The notes: a model not told the origin generated them from the sequence alone. 64,000 nt of DNA from Eledone cirrhosa (GCA_964016885.1 OZ024741.1:269948001-270012000); one strand, 5' to 3'; numbered from the stretch's first letter, positions 11,374 through 23,873 are shown. Translations and numbers: made by a program.

Positions 11374-14300
11374 TAACGAAATGACAGGAGGCTGGATTTG
11401 TGTAAATCCGTGAAAGGTTTATTATACTATGATCATTTCAATGACCGGGTTCCGTATGAATCCGGTGATATCATCAGGTATTCGAAATATAATACGTGAA
11501 TGTAATAGGTAAAATCCATGGGGCTGAAAATCGAGACCCGAGGGCGACCGCTATTCTGTTCCTTCAACCTCAGCCGGTCGCCCTGGAATGACGTGGCTAA
11601 ATTTTATAGTATGCTACTACCGGTCAGATGAACGAAAACAGAAAGGGATGGGAGCATAAGTTAACGTCGATCCCATGACACAAGGTAAAAGAAAGAAAGA
11701 AAGAAAGGAAGGAGAGAGAAGAAGGGGGAAGAAAGAAGAAGAGAAGCCAGGGTTAATGTCAGCTAAAAGAGGAAGGCAACTACTACTGGTCAGATATAGG
11801 CAAGCAAGAGGGGGAAGGAAGATAAGTCTGCGGGAGGAAGACAGGAGGAGGGGAGAAGAGAAGGAAGGGAAGAGAGAAGTAGAAAAGTAAGGGTTGATGG
11901 CTACAAGAAGGAAGATAGAAAGAAAGAGGAAGAAAGGTCGATATTAATGTCAGACCACAGTCAAGCCAGGAGTGGCGCGAGAAAATTTTCACAGGGACCC
12001 GCATCTTAGCAGAGATGAATATATTGGGAGTCAGTGTTTTACAGTGTTTAGACTTCTAGGATGAAGTTAAAAAAATTAATAATCAATATTCAATATTAAA
12101 GAGGTTAGAAAATTTAAAGTTCAACAGTTTAACATTTAATTATATAATAGTTCCGATTTGTTCTGTAATTTAAAGGTACTATTTGGCGGTTAAAACACCG
12201 GCCGCGCCCCGGGCCCCATGGCGAACTAAGCCACGCCGAGTATTTTCATTTACTGAAAGAAGAGGAAATTTATTTTTCCAAGCACTCCAGGTGGGCTCGT
12301 TCGCCAGGGAGCCGGTCGCGCCGCCATCAAAACCCACCCAACAGTCCGACAGAAAGTTGGAACTTTAAAATTTTGCTTAGAGAAGTAAAAGAGTAATGGT
12401 TGATAGCTACAAGAAGGAAGATAGAAAGAGAGAGGAAGGAAGGTCGATATTAATGTCACACCACAGTCGGGCCAGGAGTGGCGCGACAAAATTTTCACAA
12501 GGACTCGCATCTTAGCAGAGGTGAATATATTGGGGGTCAGTGTGTTACAATGTTTAGACTTATAGGATGAAGTTAAAAAATTAATAAATTAATAATCAAT
12601 ATTCCATATTAAAGAGGTTAGAAAATGTAAAGCTCAACAGTTTCAGGTTGATATATCTAATAGTTCCGATTTGTTCTGTAATTTAAAGGTACTATTTGGC
12701 GGTTAAAACACCGGCCGCGCCCCGGGCCCCATGGCGAATTAAGCCACGCCGAGTATTTTCATTTACCGAAAGAAGGGGAAATTTATTTTTCCAAGCACTC
12801 CAGGTGAGCCCGTTCGCCAGGGAGCTGGTCGCGCCGCCGCTAAAACCCACCCAACGGTCCGACAGAAAGTTGGAACTTTAGAATTTTGCTTAACTCTATC
12901 GGATGAAGTTGAAAGAATTCAGAATAACATTATAAAACTAAGGAGTAAGAGGATTGAGAATTGAACAAACAGAAAATTGAAGATTAAACATTCAAATAAC
13001 TTCTATGAGGTTTTGGGTTGCGGGGTTTAATTAAATAGTCTTTTATGAAGAAACGTTAATTGTATTATGTAGATCTGTAATTTATCCTAGTGGGATGTAG
13101 AGTACGGGATATAGTCGTGTAATGTTTAATTTTTGTTCTCAGGAGGAGACATTCTAGTGTCGTGTGCTAATGGGTACAGGTCCCAATGTGAGGAGTAGAA
13201 ATACATGGATACATAGAAGTGGAATACGTGGAAGAGCACATTGGTACAGCAGAGGTATAAATATATAAACATATCAATATATAGGTATAAACATGTAAAT
13301 AAACCAACAAGAGTGGTGTTGGAGTAAGATGGAGAAATCAGGACATTAATACAGCAAACAAAGATGTGAAGATATAGATAAACAAACAATAGTCGTTGTC
13401 TAGTAAATGTAGAGTTCGAGACACAGGAGAAATATAATATAGTTCAGGTTGTATTATTTATGTTCCCAGGGGGAGATATTCCAGTGACGTGTGCTAAGGG
13501 TACACGCGAGTAAAAGTCTGAATAAGGAAAGTAGAAAGTACATGGATGTATAGAGGTAGAATACGTGGAGGAGCATTAATACAGCAAATAAAGATGTAAA
13601 GATATAAATAAACAAACAAGAGTCGTTGTCTATTAAATGGAGAGTTCAAGACACAGGAGAAATACAATATAGTTCAAGTTGCAGTCAGATAATGCATATA
13701 GATGTGGAAACAGTGTGTGTTCGAGTCTGGGAGTTCAGTGTGAGTTATACATGCCCAGAAGTATAGGGTAGCGATTTAGTTAATACAGTGCAGTACAATA
13801 CATGTTATGGTCCAGTCCGTGGAGTTTCGTCGAAGTTCGGATATTCTGTGAGGGGAGTAGCAAAGGGCCAGGCGAAGGCACCGGGTAGCCAAAGTTCGAA
13901 TTGTGGTTAGATATATTCAGTCCCATGCCGCTGTTGATTATTACATTTTGAAGTGCTCAACATTTCAGGAGCGTTATTTATTCAGGTTTGAGGTTCACCA
14001 CTGTATAGAGCTGGTCTATTCCGTATGGTCAATCGTAATGCAATAATATAGAGAGTACTCAACGTAAAGCAGTTCAACCGTCTTTGTTTTTGCCCCATGG
14101 ATTTTACCTATTACATTCACGTATTATATTTCGAATACCTGATGATATCACCGGATTCATACGGAACCCGGTCATTGAAATGATCATAGTATAATAAACC
14201 TTTCAAGGATTTACACAAATCCAGCCTCCTGTCATTTCGTTATAATATTTAACTCCGTAATAGCACCACCAACTACAAAAACAAAGACGGTTGAACTGCT

Positions 14301-14390
14301 TTACGTTGAGTACTCTCTATATTATTGCATTACGATTGACCATACGGAATAGACCAGCTCTATACAGTGGTGAACCTCAAACCTGAATAA

Positions 14391-14392
<2 letters not shown>
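11372..14392 (-). mobile_element. About 3-kb non-coding HHR-bearing element with inverted pseudo-LTR architecture, inserted in (TA)n
   Basis: 11372-11523 is the reverse complement of about 14093-14245, and 13976-14092 is the reverse complement of about 14276-14392. There is no long ORF. Internal direct duplications are about 510 bp (11900/12410) and about 240-330 bp (13145/13471). Confidence 0.8.
14135..14192 (+). ncRNA. Minimal type-I hammerhead ribozyme (mirror copy on the minus strand at 11424-11481)
   Basis: auac CUGAUGA u-aucaccgg..ccggucau-u GAAA ugauca UA guau. Helix III is the palindrome AUGAUCAU, and AATAAA follows immediately. Confidence 0.85.
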
Positions 14393-14424
<32 letters not shown>

Positions 14425-14431
14425 CTGTGTG

Positions 14432-14499
<68 letters not shown>

Positions 14500-14533
14500 T
14501 ATATATATGTTTATATATATATGTTTATATATA

Positions 14534-14958
14534 ATGGAAAAATTTGAACAGGAACAAAACAGAGAGGCAGTACAACGAATGTTTATTAATTTCACGCTCT
14601 GGAGAGTGGGGTGTTGGTGGGGAACGACGTTTCGGGCATAAGCCCTTCCTCAGGTGAGAAGTGTGTGGGAACAGAGTTCAAAGGGTGTGTAGGGGAGTGG
14701 TGGAGAGACATATAGCGAAAGGAAACGGTGAGAATGAAATTAAAAATAAAAATAAAAATAAAGCATGATCAAAATAAAAGGAATGAAATAAAAATAAATA
14801 TAAAAGCATGATCAAAATAAACTGAAATTAAAAAGGGGTAAAACAGGTGGTGGAAGGATGTGGGGTGTGTAGGGGTGGTGGCGGGTGGAGTGGGGAGAGG
14901 GAGACGGGGTGTCCAAGCGGGGGGGGGGGCTGAAGGTGGTGTGTGTGTGTAGGTGTAC

Positions 14959-15012
<54 letters not shown>

Positions 15013-15280
15013 ACTCGACCTGCCTTTCGCTGTCAGGTCTCGTCTCTTGTCACTGATCTGTTTACGACTCTTGCCGGGGAGAAAGGACTCGAGGGCGACG
15101 TTCACGAACCGCACGCCCTCTCGTACCAGCTGTTCTCCCTTAGACTCAAGGATATCGATCTCCGTGTTAGACCAACAACCTTTTCCCCTCAGACGTGGAG
15201 CGGGCTCGGGCCCAGCCCGCGCCAGAGCGCGTTTCTCTCTCTTCCTTTCCAGTTCCTTCGCATAACTGGCGATTATGTTT
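14534..15280 (-). mobile_element. Chimeric insert in (TA)n: R2-like Myb fragment, (CA)n, and a PLE-like 3' end with a partial HHR core
   Basis: The minus strand reads CWSNTEIDILESKGEQLVREGVRFVNVALESFLPGKSRKQISDKRR. CUGAGGA agggc-uuau-gccc GAAA cgucg lies at 14623-14653, with AATAAA downstream. Confidence 0.55.
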
Positions 15281-15417
15281 ATATATATATATATATATAG
15301 TAGAAAAAATTATATTTTTACCAAACTTTTACCACACTATGTATATATATGTGTGTCTGTGTGTGTATGTATGTATGTATGTATGTATGTATGTATGTAT
15401 GTATGTATGTATGTATG

Positions 15418-16006
15418 TCGGGTCACTCTTGGGTGCTACTGGTAACATGTAACCCAGTACAACCTGTCGCATGGTCGGGTCGTCGGCGACTAAACCGGCA
15501 ACCCCACCAAGTTTATTTTGTCAGCAGGGTGATTTTGGACACCCTGCAGGTCAAAAAAACAAAACCTGACAAAGGGCGGAAGAACTCATAAGAGTCAACG
15601 ACCATCCAAAAATGTGTAAATATGTATATACACATGTAAATATGTATGTGTATGCGCGGGGACATAGAAATAGTTGGGCTGGATACCCGATCGCGCGGTT
15701 AAACCACTGGGAGTGAAGGATCCCTAGCCTTTGTCAGGGCATTCTTCTAGGAGAAAGCAGCTCGGGAAACTTGGATAATTTCAACATAAAACCTACTGCT
15801 TAGTAGTTACCGATGATGTTGATCATTTCTTGTTTTCGGGTTATAGCTACTGTCGCTCAGAGAGCGGGATTGGCTCAGTGCACAGTCTTTCCTCACTTTA
15901 AATAATATCTTCGCGCACAGGCATTGCACGATAGAATTAATTAATAATTACTAATAATGGTATATCGTGCAATGGCCATACTCGACAATGAGGGGGCAGC
16001 CATCAT
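15418..16006 (+). mobile_element. Bipartite non-autonomous RTE derivative (5'UTR plus 3' terminus)
   Basis: 15654-15930 matches the reverse complement of 60317-60596 (RTE 5'UTR). 15965-16006 matches the reverse complement of 55967-56013 (RTE 3' end). Confidence 0.8.
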
Positions 16007-16295
16007 GTATGTGTCTATATAAATAACAGTGACAGGTCTATTCAATTATATGTGAAGGTAGTGCATGTCTGAGCTAAATCTCCGTTTGAATCCCACACCA
16101 CCACCACCAACACCACCACCCTCACCACTCTCACCACCACCACCACTACTACCATCATCATCACCAGCATCGTTCTTCTATTGATCTGTGTATATTATGT
16201 CAGCTAAGAAAAGACAAGAATGACCAAAGCTGACCAAAGCTGGATCACGTTTAATCATAGTCGTCCTTTTAGTCGGGATCTAACAATTGGATCTC

Positions 16296-16360
16296 ACTAC
16301 TACTACTACTACCACTACTACTACTACTACTACTGCTACTGCTACTATTACTACTACTAT

Positions 16361-16399
<39 letters not shown>

Positions 16400-16521
16400 C
16401 GCTACTACTACTGCTACTATTACTACTACTACTACTACTGCTACTACTACTACTACTACTACTGCTACTACTGCTACTACTACTACTACTGCCGCTACTA
16501 CTAATGCTACTATTACTAATG

Positions 16522-16568
<47 letters not shown>

Positions 16569-16619
16569 GCTACTGCTACTACTACTACTGCCCTACTACT
16601 ACTGCTACTATTACTAATG

Positions 16620-16660
<41 letters not shown>

Positions 16661-16679
16661 GCTACTACTACTACTACTG

Positions 16680-16712
<33 letters not shown>

Positions 16713-16748
16713 TTGCTGCTCCTGCTACTACTACTGCTACTACTACTG

Positions 16749-16796
<48 letters not shown>

Positions 16797-16808
16797 TTGC
16801 TGCTCCTG

Positions 16809-16856
<48 letters not shown>

Positions 16857-17148
16857 TTGCTGCTCCTGCTACTACTACTGCTACTACTACTGCTACTACT
16901 ACTACTACTACTACTACTTTTGCTGCTGCTGCTACTACTACTACTACTACTACTTTTGCTGCTGCTGTTGCTGCAGCCACTGCTACTACTACTACTACTA
17001 CTGCCGCTGCTGCAGTTGCTGCTACTACTACTACCACTACTACTACTACGAATAATACTACTACTACTACAACTTCTACTACTATCACTACTACGACCAC
17101 CACCACAACTACTACTGCTGATGCTGCTACTACTACTACTACTACTAG
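16296..17148. repeat. (CTA/CTG)n trinucleotide array with about 60-bp higher-order units
   Basis: Seen directly; ttttgctgctcctg recurs at about 16711, 16796 and 16856. Confidence 0.95.
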
Positions 17149-17177
17149 ATACAACGTGGTCACAGCATCGACGATAT

Positions 17178-18305
<1,128 letters not shown>

Positions 18306-18405
18306 GTCCCAGGCATAGTGTATAGTAAAGTATTTCATTTTGAAGCCACGTGGGTCGAGGTTCTATAGCGCAGCGCTTCCAGTAAATGTCGAAGTTTGCT
18401 GTTTG

Positions 18406-18451
<46 letters not shown>

Positions 18452-18456
<5 letters not shown>

Positions 18457-19121
18457 CACCAACGTGTGGTATATGATTTTAAATGCAATGAAATATCTAT
18501 GATCGTTGGCAAATCACTGATGAGGGACTCATTTTATAACATGTTATCCATGTGCAACCATGCAGTATTCTTCTCCCCATTTTTTCACCTATATTTACCT
18601 AAACTGCGATTCTGTTTTTCTCTCTCTCTCTCTCTCTTACTGCTCCCTCGTTCTCTCTGTTTCTCTTACTTTCTTTCGCCCCCTCTGTCATATTAGTTAA
18701 CACTTTCTCTCTACTGACCTCTTCCTCACACTTCCACTCACTCACTCACTGTTTCTCCCCTTCTCACTTCACCCCGTTCGCGACGAAAACAATTTCCTTC
18801 TTTCTTACATTGGATTCATCTCGAAAGGTCTATTTTTTACTCGCTCATATATTCACCCAGCTTATGCTGATAGAATAACTATGTAGCTTGTGCCTCTTCC
18901 TATCTACGGTTAGCTTTCCTCTTTGTTGTTTACTTGTCTCACTCGCTTTACGCGTTTTAATTGTCCTAATAACTTAATTTAGTTATTATTGCACCAACGT
19001 GAGGTATATGATTTTTAATGCAATGAAATATCTATGATCGTTGGCAAATCACTGATGAGGGACTCATTTTATAACATGTTATCCATGTGCAACCTGCAGT
19101 ATTCTTCTCCCCATTTTTTCA
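18452..19121 (+). mobile_element. Non-coding element with about 135-bp direct terminal repeats (period 535 bp) in (TA)n; each repeat contains CTGATGA
   Basis: 18452-18587 is nearly identical to 18987-19121, with a pyrimidine-rich interior. The HHR core is only partly recognisable. Confidence 0.7.
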
Positions 19122-19135
19122 TATATATATATATA

Positions 19136-19297
19136 TAAATGGAAAAAATGAAAGAAATTTCATTTCCCACTCTTAGTACGGCTGTTACTTAAATATAAGT
19201 ATGTACACGTACATACATGCAAGCAGGGAAAAGCGGACGTAAAATGAAATGATGAAATGAAAGACGTACAGTAGTATGTCTATATATACATACATGT

Positions 19298-19359
<62 letters not shown>

Positions 19360-19820
19360 GTATGGGTTTACCGAACATTTATTATAATGTTCGGTGTGTT
19401 TGTAAACAAACATCCCGAATTAAGCCGTACAGTGTTCGGCAACCATCGTTGCCCTTTTGTTCAACACTGACAAAGGAACGATGTACTAGTTTCAAGCTTA
19501 TTAGCTATCGGCAGCATCGTATACCTTCTTGCCAGATGATTGAACGTCTGAAAGTATATACTTTCCTTATGCATGTTAACAGCTGACGATAGCTAATAAG
19601 CTTGAAACTAGTACATCGTTCCTTTGTCAGTGTTGAACAAAAGGGCAACGATGGTTGCTAAACACTGTACGGCTTAATTTGGGATGTTTGTTTACAAACA
19701 AACCGAGCATTATAATAAATGTTCGGTAAATCCATACGTACATATATATATGTGTGCATGTATGTATATATATACATACTACTGTTCGTCTGTATACATA
19801 TATGTATGTACGTATACATA

Positions 19821-19828
<8 letters not shown>
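19136..19828 (-). mobile_element. Fold-back HHR element, family C, copy 1
   Basis: Inverted arms at about 19193-19514 and 19582-19828, and a tail at 19136-19192. HHRs lie at 19478-19520 (minus; core CUGcCGA) and 19583-19619 (plus; core CUGACGA..GAAAcuagUA). Confidence 0.8.
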
Positions 19829-19906
<78 letters not shown>

Positions 19907-19913
<7 letters not shown>

Positions 19914-20115
19914 GTGAGGTTTTTTTTACAAAATGAAAAATAACCGAGGTGTCCTACACGAGTGGAAGTATAAAGAAAAAGGGATGAAATCGAAAATGCA
20001 ACTGAAGTCTTATTTTTTTAAAAATATATATATTTATTTGGTTCCTTTACCGGTTTCGCAGTTCTTCTGCTTTTCAAAAGGTGAGTTGAGATGGAGGGTC
20101 TGTGGTTTTTCTCAC
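19907..20115 (-). mobile_element. About 210-bp HHR element in (TA)n, family D, copy 1
   Basis: Nearly identical to 24832-25043. The HHR at 20044-20081 reads ccuu UUGAAAA gcag-aagaa-cugc GAAA ccgg UA aagg. Confidence 0.75.
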
Positions 20116-20142
20116 ATATATATATATATATATATATATATA

Positions 20143-20200
<58 letters not shown>

Positions 20201-20212
20201 GATATATATATA

Positions 20213-20650
20213 TACGATATTAAATAAATGGAAACTATATTTATAAAACCATATTTATTTCATTATATATATTTCAGGGATATCATATTAAAAATATGTT
20301 ATGCCTTCTTCAGACAAAATACAATATAAACAGTCTTATAAATAGATAGATTCGACATACCTTTCAACTTCGACTTCTATTTGAAAAGTTGATTTCAAAT
20401 AGAAGTCGAAGTTGAAAGGTATGTCGAATCTATCTATTTATAAGACTGTTTATATTGTATTTTGTCTGAAGAAGGCATAACATATTTTTAATATGATATC
20501 CCTGAAATATATATAATGAAATAAATATGGTTTTATAAATATAGTTTCCATTTATTTAATATCGTAAATATACTCCAAATACTTGTTGAGTGCTTTTATA
20601 TCAGTTATAAATATTTACTCGTTGTTAACCCAACAATTTAAATAAAACTT

Positions 20651-20653
<3 letters not shown>
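20213..20653 (+). mobile_element. Fold-back HHR element, family E: 174-bp arms plus an 87-bp tail
   Basis: 20213-20386 is the reverse complement of 20393-20566. The HHR at 20461-20520 reads uuugu CUGAAGA agg..ccu GAAA uauaua UA augaa, mirrored at 20259-20318. Confidence 0.85.
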
Positions 20654-20682
<29 letters not shown>

Positions 20683-20685
<3 letters not shown>

Positions 20686-21160
20686 AATGAGTTGAAGACT
20701 TAGTTGACTTATGTGTTGACTTAGTTGACTTATGTGTATAACAGATATAAAGCACTCAACAAATAATATTTATCTGGAGTATTATAATAATAATAATAAT
20801 AATTGTTTCTATTTTTGGCACAAGGCCAGCAATTATCCCAGTGTATTATTGGTACTTTATTTTATCGACCCCGTAAGGATGAAAGACAAAGTTAACCTCG
20901 GCGGGATTTGAACTCAGACCATAAAAGGCCATAACTCTTTGCTGTAAAGCATAGCGTCCGACCCTCTACCGATACTGCCGATCCACCGCCCTAATAATAA
21001 TTGTTTCTACTTTTTGGCACATAAATGAAAGATATATACTTTATATCATCACTATTTATTTCATTATATATATTTCGAGGATGCAAAAATGTATGTTTAA
21101 CATAAATTAGAACATGCCCTCATCAGACAAAATATATATGAGATGTATAATTTTGTCATG
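20683..21160 (-). mobile_element. Family E-related HHR element interrupted by a SINE family A copy (20803-20991)
   Basis: The minus-strand HHR at 21060-21131 reads uuugu CUGAUGA gggcaug..gcauccuc GAAA uauaua UA augaa. The tail motif gttgagtgcttta lies at about 20748-20760. Confidence 0.75.
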
Positions 21161-21418
21161 ATATACCAGCACCAAAGATCTTGGTGCCTCAGTATGTAAG
21201 CTCGCGAGCTTACATACTGTGGCATATTTGAAGATCATTCGATTCCAGAGTCAGGTTAGATCAATAATAGATCGTTCCTCGAGCTGATCGACAGTGAAAC
21301 ATATGTAATGTGTTATTCAATATGTTATGATGCAACACTGATTCTTTGTTCCGTTATTCTTATACTATTATACTCTGCTCGAGCATCGAGTGCTCATCCG
21401 GCATACGGCCTGTGTGTC

Positions 21419-21506
<88 letters not shown>

Positions 21507-21929
21507 TGTGTGTGTGCCTTTGTTCTGTATGTAGATATATATATAAATATGTGTATATGTGTGTATATATATTTGTGTGTGCGTTTATATATATATATAT
21601 GTGTGTGTGTTTGTGTGTGTGTATACATGTATATGAGTGTGCGTGTGTGTGTATATATATATGTGTGTGTGTGTGTGTATGTGTGTGTGCCAGTGTGTAT
21701 ATGTGTGTGTGCCAGTGTGTATATGTGTGTGCCAGTATGTGTGTGTGTGCCAGTATGTGTGTGTATGTGTGACAATGTGTGTGTGGGTGCCAGTATGTGT
21801 GTATATATATGGGTGTGGGTTTATGCATGACACTCTGTGTATGTATGTGTACGCCAATGTGTGTGTGTATATATATATATGTGTGTGTGCCAGTGTATGT
21901 GTGTGTGTGTGTGTAGCAGTATGTGTGTA

Positions 21930-22670
21930 TGCGTACGCCAATGTGTGTCTGTATACCAGTCTGTGTATGTATGTGCATGCCAATGTGTGTGTGTGTGTGT
22001 GTACCAGTCTGTGTATGTATGTGTACGCCAATGTGTGTCTGTATACCAGTCTGTGTATGTATGTGCATGCCAATGTGTGTGTGTGTGTACCAGTCTGTGT
22101 ATGTATGTGTATGCCAATGTGTATGTGTGTGTACCAGTCTGTGTATGTCTGTGTAAACCAATGTGTGTGTGTGTGTGTGCCACAATCTGTGTATGTCTGT
22201 GTATGCCAATGTGTGTGTGTGTGCCAGTCTGTGTATGTCTGTGTATACCAATGTGTGTGTGTATGTGTGCCAGTCTGTGTATGTCTGTGTATACCAATGT
22301 GTGTGTGTGTGTACCAGTCTGTGTATGTCTGTGTAGGCCAATATGTGTGTGTATGCCAGTCTGTGTATGTCTGTGTATACCAATGTGTGTGTGTGTGTGC
22401 CAGTCTGTGTATGTATGTGTATACCAATGTGTGTGTGTGTGTACCAGTCTGTGTATGTATGTGTATGCCAATGTGTGTGTGTGTGTACCAGTCTGTGTAT
22501 GTATGTGTATGCCAATGTGTGTGTGTGTGTGCCAGTCTGTGTATGTATGTGTATGCCAATGTATGTGTGTGCCAGTCTGTGTATGTATGTGTATGCCAAT
22601 GTGTGTGTGTGTGTGTGTGCCAGTCTGTGTATGTATGTGTATACCAGTCTGTGTATGTGCGTGTATGCCA

Positions 22671-22702
<32 letters not shown>

Positions 22703-23262
22703 CAGTCTGTGTATGTATGTGTATGCCAATGTATGTGTGTGCCAGTCTGTGTATGTATGTGTATGCAAGTCTGTGTATGTGCGTGTATGCCAATGTGTGT
22801 GTGTGTGTGTGCCAGTCTGTGTATGTGCGTGTATGCCAATGTGTGTGTGTGTGTGTGCCAGTCTGTGTATGTATGTGTATGCCAATGTATGTGTGTGCCA
22901 GTCTGTCTATGTGTGTGTATGCCAATGTGTATGTGTGTGCCAGTCTGTGTGCCAGTCTGTGTGCCAGTCTGTGTATGTATGTGTATGCCAATGTGTATGT
23001 GTGTGTGTGTGTGTGTGTGCCAGTCTGTGTATGCCAATGTGTATGTGTGTGCCAGTCTGTGTACCAGTCTGTGTATGTATGTGTATGCCAATGGGTGTGT
23101 GTGCCAGTCAGTGTATGTATGTGTATGCCAATGTGTATGTGTGTGTGTGTGCCAGTCTGTGTATGTATGTGTATGCCAATGGGTGTGTGTGCCAGTCTGT
23201 GTATGTATGTATATGCCAATGGGTGTGTGTGTGTGCCAGTCTGTGTATGTATATGCCAATAT
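21930..23262. repeat. Microsatellite-derived minisatellite (unit about ccagtctgtgtatgtatgtgtatgccaat(gt)n)
   Basis: Seen directly; it is the source of the long His/Thr and Cys/Val pseudo-ORFs. Confidence 0.95.
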
Positions 23263-23489
23263 GTGTGTGTGTACCCACGTTTGTTTATATTTGCTTACTA
23301 AACTCCAACTATGCGACTATTTTATGTTCGATGAAATAACAAACAGTTTCACTTAAAGATCGATAAAGTAAATAATAACCAGAGTGAAATAACTACTGAG
23401 CTGGATATGATCGATTAAAACCCTTAATATTGATGAAATCCAGAAAAGAATACAAAAAATTATAATGTGTGTGTGTTATATCTTCCATA

Positions 23490-23523
23490 TACTGTACCCA
23501 TTGTGTTGTTATTTCTGTTTACC

Positions 23524-23575
<52 letters not shown>

Positions 23576-23825
23576 ACACATATATATATATATAATATAT
23601 ATAATATATATATATATATATCTTTCATATACTGTAACGATTGTGTTGTTATTTGTTTACCTTTTACACACACACATACACACACACACACACACACATA
23701 TATATATCTACTGTAACGATTGTGTTGTTATTTGTTTACCTTTTACACACACACACACACACACACACATACACACACACACATATATATATCTACTGTA
23801 ACGATTGTGTTGTTATTTGTTTACC

Positions 23826-23873
<48 letters not shown>

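Noticed and set aside
12183-12240. GC-rich duplicated motif (also about 12696-12752) containing ATGGCGAA(C/T), reminiscent of HDV J4/2 or a twister ribozyme
   Set aside because: I could not assign P1, P3/L3 or twister pseudoknots; only a weak enclosing stem and a 4-bp hairpin are visible.
21418-23356. ORFs of 500-613 aa rich in His/Thr or Cys/Val, and similar ORFs at 4588-5228, 16280-18338, 29841-30748 and 32002-35618
   Set aside because: They are translations of micro- and minisatellites, open in several frames on both strands, with no domain content.
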